Positions 1 through 12,850 of a stretch of DNA of 64,000 bases are shown here, one piece after another. The notes beneath the pieces were generated by a model. That model searched no databases. It worked only from the letters and a program-made list of their open reading frames with translations, and was not told the DNA's origin. The translations under genes and the position numbers were made by a program. Source of the stretch: Microthyrium microscopicum (taxonomy: Eukaryota); assembly GCA_010405405.1 (NCBI GenBank), contig MU004238.1:11530-75529 (forward strand), in the 5' to 3' direction. How positions within the stretch are numbered: position 1 is the first letter of the stretch; each line of letters starts with the position of its first letter.

Positions 1-900
1 CCTGCGATGTTCCAAAATGGCACAGCCTGCGATGTTCCAAAATGGCACATCCTGCGATGTTCCAAAATGGCACACCCTCGTTGTTCTCACAGGAAATGCA
101 ATAGCTTGGGAGCAGGCTTATCAATCAGTTCTTGGAGCCGAAGGGCCTCGTCTCAGACGACTCAGCCTACGATGTTGCAAAGCGGCACACCCTATTTGTT
201 CTCATATGAACGGGGATCGCTTAGAAGCAGTCTTACCGATGAGATCTTTGACTCAAATTTGATCAAATGTCTGGCAAAGGTTTGGCATCAACCACATAGA
301 CTGCTCAGCCTGCGATGTTCCAACATGGGACACCCCCCATTTGACTCAAATTTGATCAAATGTCTGGCAAAGATGTAGCATCAACTACACACACTGCTCA
401 GCCTGCGATGTTCCAAAATGGCACATCCGGCGATGTTCCAAAATGGCACACCCCCATTCGACTCAAGTTTGATCAAATGTCTGGCAAAGATGTAGCCTCA
501 ACCACACAGACTGCTCAGCCTGCGATGTTCCAAAATGGCACACCCTCATTCTTCGGCTCGAAGTTGATCAAATGTCTGGCAAAGGTGTAGCATCAACCAA
601 AATGTCGCGTCTCAGACCCCTCCACAGATGGCTCAGCCGGCGATGTTCCAAAATGGCACACCCTCATTCTTCGACTCAAATTTGATCAAATGTCTGGCAA
701 AGGTGTGGCATCAACCACATACCACCCTTGAAATGGCACATCCTTGTTCTTCGACTCAAATTTGATCAAAGGTGTGGCAAAGGTGTGGCATCAACCACAT
801 AACCCCCTTGGAGCAGCCAAAATTCCGCTTCTCAGGCTTCTCCACTACTGGCTCAGCTGGCCATGTTTCGAAATGGCATACCCTCGTTGTTCTCACAGTT
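1..900. repeat. Complex minisatellite of two interleaved modules (A ~25-27 bp cagcctgcgatgttccaaaatggcaca; B ~55 bp gactcaaatttgatcaaatgtctggcaaaggtgtggcatcaaccaca)
   Basis: Module A seen about 10 times (e.g. 1, 25, 52, 307, 399, 516, 633). Module B seen 6 times (~250, 343, 460, 555, 673, 753). The array runs off the left edge of the window. Confidence 0.92.
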
Positions 901-3900
901 CAGTAAATCTTCAGAAACAGCTACTAGATGCCACTCATGCCTCGCAACTGTCGTAGATGTAAGGCTATAGATTATCACAAGACGCCGAGGAGGACGAGAA
1001 TGACCTTTATAGCATTTTCGTCATGACTAGATAGACACGACTTATACCTTAAGGCAGCATTCGCAGATACAAGGCTACATACCTAGTTACTTAGTGCCAA
1101 AATGAACCGAAGACGTAGCCAAAGACATGTACTCGCAGGCACAGACACCTGTTATACGTCGCAACTATCTATTGGTCTCTAAATCAGAGGGTCAGGGATT
1201 ATAGCATCGGGCGGAGGATAATACGAGTGACCTCGACGACGTGAACAGGGAGGCGAAGATGCAGAGCCGATTGAACTGTCCAAACAGCTCAAGAGCAAAC
1301 TTGTTGAGGTTGTCTCAGTCTAGAATCCTTCCACCTTTTCTCGGACTGCGAGATCAAGTCCGATAAGACTGATCTCGAAGACGTAGAACAAAAAGGTAAA
1401 GATGCAGAACTTCCTAAAGATCAACTCATGCCCGCATTGCGAGACAAAATCTGAGCGAGGTGCAACAAAGATGGCGATGATGCCAGGATATTACCATAAG
1501 GTGGTTTCCGCGTCTTGGTTTCTGATCAGGTCTTGGAACGGCCAAGTGTTGACTGAATATATGAGTGAACCGAGCACATATTCCATGCCTCGATCCTCAA
1601 GTTTTAGCCCGGGTTGAAATCACAATGAATAAGATGATCTGGATGACACCGAACATGAGGTGGACTTATGAAACACTCTCTGAATGAAATTCATTGGTAG
1701 TCGACATCGAGCAAGTAGACGACATGATCTGCGGGTTCTCGACGCTGTGTAATATTAGCCTGATATGAATTACACATGATTATGTTGCCGCTGTTCCTTC
1801 TCCAGCTCATAACTTACTCTTCGTGAACAGCAACACAGGCCAAACAAGACTTTCGGACTTCAGGGGGTTATCTCTACATTATCGAAGATATAAAACTTCA
1901 TTCCCTGCGTGATGGATAATATATCACCGATCTTTCCGAGAATCACAAACCTTTGTCATTAAAAATGAAACGGTTCCTTGAAAAAATTGAACTCTCATGA
2001 TTGCGAACGAGAATAACGGGGATGTCTAGTCTTAGGCATGGGTAGTCACAATCATGCAGAATCTGACAATTGTGACAGATTTGCTCATGCCAGAGGCCAC
2101 TATGATTCGCATTACGCACGATGGGATGATGCAAAGGATCAACGACCATTATTTACAACATTGAACCATAAATCCAAGCCTTTGCCAGTGGACATTCCGC
2201 AAATGTAAACTGATTTTGCACTTTCTCATCATTTTGCCCCAGGCCTGGATATGACTTCGGCTCCAAAGAATCAGCTCTGGATGATTGCTCTTCGTCAAAC
2301 ACGGAACCATGAACCAATTAAGCTTTGAAGAGGATGCTTCAATATAATGATCTGTTTCTCAAAACAACCTCCCTGTAACTGATGGCAGAACTTATCAAAT
2401 ATAGTGGAGTGGGCACTTTCAATGAAAGGCAACCGCACTCTTCACCGTCGATAGCTCCGCATTGACAGCTTGAACTTTGCTCAAAGGATTCCAGTTTTCT
2501 TTAAAGTTGCGACTACTCTTGACTTAAAGAACGAGGCGATTTGCTTACGCATTGCCAAAAAGCTGTACAGTGTTTTTTGCTAGAGAAACTCGACACTGAA
2601 GGAATGCACCACACCCAAACTGCGCACTACAAACTCCAAGGATACAATCGAATCCATGACGAATTCAAACTCTACCCCGGGTTTCTGCGCACAGGGGCGC
2701 ATTTTATAGCAACTTTGCGCAACGCCCGTCGACTTAATCATCACTGCCTCTTCTTTCACGATTATGACTGCGCTTGGCAAATCCGCCTTGCGCATCATCT
2801 TGAGACTATCATTTCATCGGAAATATCTACCTGAACCATGGTGGCTGCAGGTTCTGATAACTGCGCGTAAGATTTTCATTTTATAGACAAGACAATACAT
2901 TTCGTCGTACCTACCGACCGCGCCCGGTAGAAGTGATTGATTCATTCGTTTTGGTCTCCGCTTCTCACACCTGCTACCTTTTAGTATTCCAGCGCAGGTA
3001 GCCACGGCCTGTATCGGTTTTGCACAGCGCTGCATAACATATTGACTACCTACCGATGTATATCTCCATGATCAGGCTACGCGTGAGAAATCCAACTCGC
3101 GCATTCGATTCAGATTGGTAGTTTTACTCTGTAGGTAAGTCTGGCGCAGAGAGTCGTGGGCTATACCAGTCATGCGCAATGCCCGTCACTTTGCCTACAA
3201 ATTGCGGCCACCCCATATAGCCACTATTGGACTGCGCAGTATCAATATAACTCGCGGGTTCTATTTCAAACAGTCAATTCATGGATACTGAGGGATTTGC
3301 GCAATGCTCTCATCACCACAACATACATGCGCAGTGCTCTACGTTTTACTCACTATACACCGAACCTTGTTCCATCCAAAAGCCAGTTTAATACAAATTC
3401 AATATACGCATGTGGTTGAGAATGTCCAATATAACGAATTCCCAAAGCCTCGTGACATTTCCTATGCTGTGGCGGCGTCGCGCAGTGCTCAAACATACAC
3501 ATTGTAAGTCAATCCATCTATATCTCAGTCCTGGGGCCGCGCACCAACAACCTACAACCTAGATCCGATTCAGTGAGAGTATTGAAGTTATATTTCGAGC
3601 GCGGCGTAGAGGTGCGCGCACGGTAGCGAGTACACAAAGTGCTCGACGGTTCACACAGTACACGCCAGTCTATATCTTACCAACAAGATAAGGCCACACA
3701 AATCATTCTCGCGCATATCTCTTAGACTGGCCGTAATACTCGGGTTTCAAAGCTGCGCACAGGTCCTCCAACTGTGGCGAAGTTGCGCAGTGCTCGAAGA
3801 TCAACTGAATACAACAGAGGTAGCATATCTCAATACTGAGACTGCGCACCACCAATCCAGATCGCGCATCCTGTTCTCTGAGGTTGTTCTCCCCGGATTT

Positions 3901-4875
3901 TAAGCCTTGCGTAAAGGTGGCTGCACTGTGGCTGAAATGCGCTATGTCTATGAGAGTTGGGACTTCGGAGCCAACCGTCCACATAGCAATTACACACTGC
4001 CCGACCGAGACATGACCCTTTCGTCAAAATTTCAAGTACATGTGAGAGAATTACAAGTCTCTTCATGTAGGTCCCATATGGAAAGATCTACGATTGCAGT
4101 GACGCTGTATGGGTCATATGCCCAGAGAGGTACATCCACGAAACAACCATGAAGCCGTAGATTCGGTTAGTCGAATTCTGTTTCAAAATTACGGTAAGTA
4201 AACAGGAATAGGAATGATAACGGAACTGGGACTGCCTATCTGATTGAATTTGTTCCAGATGAGCTACACAGCGCCAAAAAAATGGACTCCATCGCTTTCA
4301 ACCCAGCGCGTTGTTTTCGTAGCCGGTCGATCTCACAACACATGGACAAGATTTTTCAAGAAATTTTGCTCAATAACTTGTTATTGTTCCATGTTTTGTA
4401 ACTTGAGCTTTGAGTCTTTCGCGTGGATCAAGCTTCAAGCGCAGTATAGAGCTTCAAATTTGCGCAGATCGAGCGTCAGCTTGGTAGCTACTACTACCGG
4501 TCATTTCTAATATCAGATTTGACGCATACGCACGTTTATGCTACTGATTGTTATCTACCCTTGATGCTGAGCGAAGAGTTGAAGCCTATGCCCAAAAGTA
4601 GTTGATTCCCAGAAAGTCGAAACAAATCTGAAGAGTGCTCGAACTCTGCTTTAAGAGCCAGTCATCTTTGAAATTATGATATGGTACTCGTCTGAAAGTT
4701 ACATATAGATATTCTTCCCTGGCAATGTTCCACTAGCCCGCTTGTATACTGCCCAGGGAAACTGCTCATCCTCTCGAGGCGAGGACTCGAGGAGGCTGCA
4801 CTAGGGATCATTCTCATCATAGCAGGGTAAGCCGCAAGCAAGTTCTCTTTACTTCTCCTGATCGAAAAGTCGTCA

Positions 4876-5333
4876 ATGGCCGTTCCAGCTGGATTTAAAT
4901 CTTTCCTCCGGTCCTTCTTCGATGCGACAACGGAGCTACGACTAGCTCAGAGCTTACATGCAAATACGACAAGTCTCAGAAGACGATTCGAGGATCTGAC
5001 GACCGTTCCAGCTGGATTTAAGTCTTTCCTGCGGTCCTTCTTCGATGCGACAACGGAGCTACGACTAGCTCAGAGCTTACATGCAAATACGACAAGTCTC
5101 AGAAGACGATTCGAGGATCTGCAGAAGCAGAACAAGACGCTTGAAGAAGACGCTTGAAGAAGACGCTAAAGCAAGTACGACTAGCTCAGAGCTTACATGC
5201 AAACACGACAAGTCTCAGAAGACGATTCGAGGATCTGCAGAAGCAGAACAAGACGCTTGAGGAAGGCAACAAGACGCTGAAGCAAGCTAACAAAGCTCTT
5301 ACTGAAAGACAGGTAAAGTGCCTTCAACAATGA
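4876..5333 (+). repeat. 123-bp tandem duplication plus a partial third copy inside a decayed coiled-coil ORF
   Basis: ccgttccagctgg at 4880 and 5003 (123 bp apart, near-identical). Partial copy from ~5176. Encodes ELRLAQSLHANTTSLRRRFEDLQKQNKTLEE. A 13-bp micro-duplication (gacgcttgaagaa) at ~5137-5167 breaks the frame. Confidence 0.8.
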
Positions 5334-8300
5334 CGTCCGCTATAGCGCTTTTCGCTTCCCAACGTACGCGATAGAGAGGAGACGACCTTGAACTGACATC
5401 TTCAAGGCAGAAACACAGGGCTACAGCGCGAACCAACGAGTTTCCAATGGCAAGGCTGAAACATGAGCTCGATCGCAGAAAGCTACCTACGTACCTACTT
5501 ATAGGTATCTCTACAAGAATCAAAAGACTAAAGATTGGCAACACAACCGAAAGAAACCAGCTCTGTGCGAATCAAGTGCTCTGGTCTTGACTGACTGACT
5601 CAAGATCGCTCGAATCGGACGTTGAATTGCTTTCCATCCACCGAGATTTTTGGCAGCCTCTCAGATTTCAAGCCGTGTACTCGTGAAGTATTAGACAGAG
5701 TCACCAGAGTGGGCATCTCTAGGAGATCTCTATGTACTATCTATCACTTCACTGCACCTGCCCACTGGCATTCGTCTAGAATCAAGCCTCAGTGGTTTTG
5801 CAAAATAGTGACTTACAAATTCGCGCAACGCCACCACAATGTCCTAAACTCTGCGCAAAAGTGCTAGTTGTGTCTGTATATGTTTTTCGAAAGCAATCCG
5901 CGGAATCAATTCGCTGAGCGCAAGTCCCAGCGCAGGACAACGCTGCATTATTGTCAAAATATTATCTGCATTGTCAGAACTGCGCTAAGCGATCATACAC
6001 TGCGCCGCGCCGCGCAACAATTAATATCTTGTTCTCTAGCCTCTACTGACCTACAGCAGGTGTCTCGTTTGATGTTACCTGCCTGCTGGAGTAGATGGCC
6101 CATGGCCTACTGCCAAAAGCATCGACCTACCAGTTCAAGCTACACCCGTGGCGGTGCCTGACTGTCCACTAGTATTCGCAAGTAAAGTGATAATTATGCA
6201 GAGAATGCGCGGGTCAAAATGATTGGCCGCAGCCTGGTCGTTGAAAGCGTATCGATGACAGCAAAGACACCATTGAGGCCGCGCAAACCCATCATAGCGC
6301 ACAACTTTACAGAGGAAGCTGCGCATATCAGACAGAAAGGTCCACTGAATCAAACGCGCGTTTCCAATTTCTTCAGCGCAGCCTGGTTGTTGAAGTCTTT
6401 CACTCTCTCATGCTACTATCTAAATGATCAGGGACTGCGCAATCATATCCCAGTAAAGACAAATACTACCGAATCTGCCCTAATAGTTCAGAGTCGGATA
6501 ACGAATCGATTGCGCGGCACAGAAATACTACGCGCATACTCAATGCTGCGGGCGCAAGTATCGTATACCAGAATGCCTCCACTGCTGCGCAAAGCATATA
6601 GCAGGCTGCGGATCTGTACGCCATGCCATTGGGCACAATCATTCATGATATCGAATCGATTGGTCTACTTAGATTTAGCCAGAGTCGTCTAGAAAGTGAG
6701 ATGTGCGTTCATACTTCCTAGGGAAAAGAGACCAGTCACTGTGCAATTCTACCATAGAATGTGGATATCTCTGCAGGTCTTTACTTTTATTTTCCATATC
6801 ACGTAGCCTTGAACAAGATGCGCGGTACGAAGCTGTCGCGCACAGTTTTAACAGTGCGTGCGCGGTTGGTGCGGAACGGAAGATCAACACTGGCACCTAG
6901 AATACAACCTAACAATCTTCTCTTCCATTGAACAACATAATCGAGTTACAAATACTATTTCGAGTCGAATGAAATACTTGGCTTTGCTATGCGTAGTCCA
7001 CAACCCAAGATATTCACTTCTGTAACTCGAAATGAATTCCCAATCACTGCGAGTTTTTGCCGTGGACTAGAATGACTTTTCGCAATTATGCTTACTGAGA
7101 AGTTCCTGGTAAGAATCCGACTCGGCAGCGTAGAGCTTTGCTAGAAGGTAAAAGGCACTTTTTCTTCAACCCTCACAATGGGTTCGTGTACAAACTGAGG
7201 GCATTCAAAGACGGCCAAATCTGGGACAAGCTGCCAGGCAAAAGAGACCAGCTCGAATCAAATACGCACAAAAACAAGCCAAACCGGCTCAGGAAGAGCG
7301 CAAGTCAACACTCCGGTCGTGTTCTTAGACCCAACAGGATGCCATTGGATTCTTGTCTTGCATATCCGAACGTAGGAGGCTACTCAGAGGATTATCGAGC
7401 CAATTCTTGGTTCCTACAGTCCCGAGACCATTCCCTTCAAGCATGATCTTGAGATCGAGGAGATTGATACGAGTTTTGCCAGAGTCTGCCGTCTGGTGTG
7501 CTGCTGCGGCTTCAAAATCTATAGCATAATCAATTGTCTTATTACAATTTCTGATGAGCAATTTGTAACCAAGGTTGAAAGAAATGACAGCGGATTGAAT
7601 TTGAAGTTGATGAAAAGCGGCGCGATTCGATCATATAAGTGATTTAAAACTTACAGGCTTCCAGTTAGGCCTCGCCACTATCAGCGTTCCCCATGGTCGG
7701 TGGTGCTCATGATGCATTATGCGAATGGCCCAGACGGAACTAGTGCTCCATTTCCTTTTTATCAAGCGCCGAGTAGCTGGCGTATCCTCCACCACTGGCC
7801 CGGAGTTGTAATAATTATAGGGTTTGATGATAGCGAATTGGCTGTGGCCCCATTGGAGCGCGCTGTATACTTCATGAATCTCTCGCGAATCATTCTTTTC
7901 GATGCTGAAAAGTTTGAAGTCTACCTATACCGTTACAGAAGATCGACTAACACAAGCAACACTACTCGTGAGATTTGTGTTCAAAGACCTGTATGGACGC
8001 AACATTCTCCCCCAGCAATGACAGATCGGGAGCAATGATTCTGAGATCCTGCTGTCCGACACAAAGGATAGTTGGTCTGGGAATTGAGCGCAATACAATT
8101 CATGACCAGCAAGAAAACTTATTCTCTTTTACCGATCTAGAGTTCAGCTGGGATGCCATAAATCTCTTCAAGTCGAAGTGACTGATATGGCTTTATTTTC
8201 TGTGACTGAGTTCTCAGACACGTATCATCAAAACTGCTCCGGGTCTGCCAGATGTATTATCCTGCTGAACAATTAAGGAATAGTAAACGAAGACAATATA

Positions 8301-9296
8301 GAACCAGGTCACTCTTTTAAATCACTAAATTGTAGAGGTGGAAGTCCGCCAGATGACCACGCCGACCCCAATGCCATTCCATTCCTTCCCAGCGGATTCA
8401 AATGCCTGTGCAGCGTAGGTTGCGTCTTGGGTTAAGAAAAGCTCTTCTCTCTGACAAGTTAAAGTAGCAAGAGCTGATTCGTCGGGGAACTATCCTAGCG
8501 GGAAACAAGTGTGCTCACATCAACAGTTACAGCATCTCCGTCCGAGTCAACCTTTGGCCTGGTGGGGATGTACCAAGACGATTTCGTTCCGTCTTGAGTT
8601 TCGCAGTGATATTCAAAGTTCTAGATTGTAGCGTCCATGTTGTAAGCTAGCCGAGTCAACCTCAATACCTGTGTTGTGATAGATTTATGATCCATTGCTC
8701 ACTACACAGTACGCGCCACTGGCTCCGTTTCACAGAAAGATCAGTCGTCTGCCGTATATACTCAGAAAATATAAAAGCAAGCAAGCAGCCTTCTAGTGGA
8801 CGGTATTGATGGTATTTAAGGGTGCGCTTTCGCAAGTCGGAAAGAGAGTACTGAAGCAGTGCGCTAACAGCGAAGAGAGCAACAGGACTCAAAGCTGAAT
8901 TGCGCTGCTTCTGTTCTTAAGTATAGTATATAAAAGGTACTCATCTCTGTTCTCGGGCCTAGAGAGGCTGGATCTGGTTAATGATATGCATGGTAAGCGA
9001 ATTCTGTCTAGCGATGCGGCTGCCAACAAGATCCACCTCGCCGATCGGCGATAGGCAGCCATACGCTGCTCCTCACTATTGGTTCTGGATTGGTCTTCGT
9101 GCGAAATACTGCAGTCGCCGACCATTTATCTGCGCGAAGAACTACATCCGGTCAGTTGATCGTTCTCAGCCTGAGAATTCTGCTTCCCTTTTCACCATCG
9201 CTCGCGACCAAGCTCTTCCGACACTTTTACCTTGAAGTTTTCAACCTCGATACATGTTCGTACCAGCATTGTCCTTGATAAATATTTGCATTCGTC

Positions 9297-10535
9297 ATGG
9301 AAGAACTCCCTGGCTCCTGGTGTTTACTTATTCCGGAAGCCTCTCTTCGTGCACTTGCTTCAAGCCAACAGGCTGACTTAGACACCATCAACAGCAATAT
9401 TAAAGAAGGCCAGAAGCTTGAAGAAGCGCAGGCTCAGAAAGTATCAGTCCCGCCTAAGTTACAGTGTGCACGCAAACTCAAGCGGCTCATCTACGACAGC
9501 GCAACCGGTACAGAGGATCTTCCGGGAGTCCTTCGACTGTCAGAAGATGATTATATGACCCAAAATCAACAAGTGAATCTTCTATTTCAATGAGTCGGGC
9601 AGGTTTACAACTTTTTCAACGATGTTTTTCAGTTCAAGCTGCTGGACGGCACCGGAACCGAGCTTCAGGTCACTATGGACTATCCTGGGAAAACTTGTGT
9701 CAATGCATATTGGACTGGCACGCAGATGGTGCTGGGTTCAGGCTCCGACGAGACGGTGAGCAACTTTCATGAGGCGGAAGATGTCCTTGTGCATGAGATG
9801 GTCCACGGCATCATTGCGCATACGAGTCGACTGAAGAGCTGCGACCAGCCAGGAGCACTTGCAGAGCATCTTGCCGACTTGTTTGGCATTACTTATAGGC
9901 AGTACACCTAGCATCAGAAATCTGGAAGAGCTGATGATATTACTTGGACATTCGATGAGACTCTGTTCCGGGTTCGCGGAGGAAGCAATCCCATTCATCA
10001 CGCCATGGAAACACCGAAGACTCTCAAGACAGCAGAGCAATTGTTGAAGCCCCAAAGGTCTTGCTTTGCGGATCCCAAAGCGGCTGAAACTACACCCTGG
10101 ATCGTACCTCTTGGTGGCTCTTCCGGTTATCTCGTAACGAAAGAGGCAGAATATTCCACTCATTTCTTTCCTCCTTACTTGCGTTCTTTCTCAAATCCAG
10201 CATGCGGGCCTCGGGAAACCAGGCAGTCAATCCACATTGAAGATTATAAAAAGCTCACGGAGGACAGAGGTGGCGTGCACCGCAATGCAGAGATCACAAG
10301 CTTTGCTTACCACACGGCTACAATACTCGCGGGGGGCCCGCCTTGGGAATGAGTGGCGCAAGTGTGGTTTCACACAATGAGCGATCCTGGTCTGGGCGAG
10401 GACTGCACTTTTGAGCAATTTGCCAAAGCCACAATTATGAAGGCAAGGAAGCATTACCCGCAGTTGGTAGAGTCAATCTTGAAGGGATGGAACGAGGTAG
10501 GATTGCTAAGCATTGAGGTAGCGGTCAAGGATTGA
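9297..10535 (+). pseudogene. Protealysin-like thermolysin-family (M4) zinc metalloprotease with three in-frame stops
   Basis: ORFs 9297, 9675, 10005 and 10353 share one frame. Motifs: NAYWTG, HEMVH (HExxH), GALAEHLAD, GGVHRNA, LRSFSNP, TFEQFA, GWNEVG. N-terminal CLLIPEASLRAL resembles the protealysin propeptide motif. Stops TGA 9591, TAG 9909, TGA 10350. No intron is needed. Confidence 0.9.
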
Positions 10536-12051
10536 AGTGGAAACAACAATACTAATGAAAGATTGCCAGAGCGAACGGGAGCGCTGCAAGTAGTCTTATA
10601 CATGGTCACTAGTTTCATAGCAGGAGCAAAGGTTAACTCGGCAACTTATTCCCCCACCCGGCACATCTTCTATCGGAATATCTGCTCAGCTGTCTTTTAT
10701 ACTACCATATCATGTATGTTGGGCCGCAGTGACCGTTTGGAGATCAGGCTGTCCTCTTAAGGACATTGCTGCTCCATGAACTGGTTCTTCAACAACCCAG
10801 CCATTGACCAGTGCATGATGCTCCTGATCATACTCACACCTGTCAGTGCCAACCTCACCGATAAATATTCCGCGGTGTAGACCTTCAGAAAGCCCCTTCC
10901 GGTGTGAAGGTGTTCAACGGAGCAGAGGATTTTGATGGATATTGGATTGCTAAAAGATGTTGTCGAAGCCACGGAGGGTCCGTTACCACTGGCGTTAAAT
11001 AGCACCTGTTTATAGCTGAAACAGCCTCTATCGTCGCCCCTGCCATCACCGGCAAGAACAAAAGTGGCAAGGAGAAGAAGGCTCGGGGTGGTTCAAGAAC
11101 TCCTTGAAATCGAGAGATGGGATTGGTCCGGACTTCAAGTGGATTGATTTGTTTTGGGAACTGGGAATGTTTGAAAGGTTGTAGAGCTACCAAGATATTA
11201 TTGACGACATATTCCTGTGAAAGTTGATGGTCATTGAAGAAGGACATGAATGAATTCTCTACCCACATGCAAGGACAGGAGCATGGAAATCATAGGCACA
11301 CGGGCGTATGTTTTTCCTGTATATGAAGTCCAATCTCCTTTTGTTGCCATAACTCTTTGGAAAACTTATTGAGATAATTTCTGGAACCTCTCCAGATTAC
11401 GATGTATTGACGAGTGATCAAATTTGAGATGATCGGCGCCGCAGTATAACTTCTGCCCCAGCATGCCATCATACGTCTCTAGTTTATTCGCTGATAGCTC
11501 TATCTTGTATGTAATGGACCATCTGACCAGAGACTACCTTTCAGTACTTACCAATAAGAGGTTGCAGGCGCATCGCCAGTGAGTGGACACGAAAGAAGAT
11601 CGTAATTGTCACGACTCACAAAGATCAGGCTGCTGGCGAGGACACAGCGGTACGCAGATGGCTAGACTGGATATCTTTGGTCTGCTGAAGCGCATCTCTG
11701 ATACGAATCATTACGTGTCGACGTGGATTACCCCCAATACGGCCGTCCAAACGGCGCCAAAGAAGTCACAGAGGTGTTCACGGCGGCCTGAAGAGCCGCA
11801 AACTCCTCATCGCGACTCGAAATTCATCTCTGACTCAAAGACACGTCAACTCAAGCCTCACATAAGTACCTACCTACTTGGTATAATTGTGCTTAACCAG
11901 TCAAAAGTCATACCCAGCCATATCATGCGAACTTGAATTTATACTATACCCGTTTACGAAATGTGGTGAACTCCGACCCTCTCCACTATATGCAGAAGCT
12001 AAAATCACGTTAAGAATAGTTAATGGCTTTAGGTGGACAGGCTCCGGTGAC

Positions 12052-12850
12052 GGATTAGTTCGTGACAAGCAGAGGATCGATGGTTTATTGAAGGGCTGTA
12101 TTCATAAAAGATGTTGTTTCTGCAGATGCGGAGATGCTAAATACCCCATTGTTTACATAGGCCTTGTTCTTGCCAAACAACCATCCCAAAAGCTTTCAAG
12201 ATCAAGCTCGTCTTGATCTTCTTGGTGTTAAGAATGTCGTTGTCGCCCGTCAATTCGACCACATTGGAATTTGCATCTCGTCGTCGTCTTCCTGGCCACT
12301 GAAAGCAAGTTCTCAGGCTCACGGAATTCTCACCGTCTGTTACCCGTCCATCGTTGAATTCCCAGTTGTCAAATATACTCATATTCGGCTCGTTACCGTA
12401 TCCATACGGCGTGCCTCTTCATAAGTTACCCGTCAGTTCGTCAGCATCACAAATCATCTCGTCAAATCGGCTGTTATGGCTTGAAAGTCCACTTTCGTCC
12501 GCTTATTGTATGCGTTTTTGGTAGGGGAGCAGGGTCTCGTTGGAATTGTTCCCTGGCGTGTTCAGGGATGTAAAGGATGTCTTTTGATTAATGTTCGTTG
12601 ATAATGTGGTTGCTAATGAGCCGTCGGTGAAAATCAAAGGGAGCGTTGTCGTCTGTCTGTTCGACGTCTTGGAACCTTTTCATAGAGATAAAAAGGTAAA
12701 GCAGATCATGCTTGTCCTCAGAATGATCACCAGATTGTTGGATTAGTTCTTGACAAGCAGGGGATCGATGGTTTTCATAAGGGCTACATTGGTAAAAGAT
12801 GTTGCTAAAACTATGGTGTTTCTAAAGATGCGGAGATGCTAAATGCTCCC
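12052..12850. repeat. Pair of diverged ~100-bp direct repeats (12052-12147 and 12740-12850) flanking a decayed minus-strand ORF
   Basis: Both copies share ggattagttc.tgacaagcag.ggatcgatggttt...aagggct...taaaagatgttg...agatgcggagatgctaaat. Confidence 0.75.

Noticed and set aside
1..900. CRISPR-like array or repeat-protein ORFs
   Set aside because: Eukaryotic context, no unique spacers, no cas genes. The ORFs change frame between units and are by-products of the repeat.
1200..2500. Possible decayed plus-strand gene (acidic/Lys-rich fragments)
   Set aside because: Too many stops and no recognisable motif to support a call.
6135..6896. Upf1/ZNFX1-like helicase motifs (SAPTAHAL, GQSGTATG) on the minus strand
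   Set aside because: The motifs are degenerate and in the wrong order for an SF1 helicase; likely chance.
9297..10535. Stop-codon readthrough or A-to-I editing rescuing the M4 protease
   Set aside because: It would need three events giving Trp at positions where Arg or Gln fit better. C-to-T pseudogenisation is simpler.
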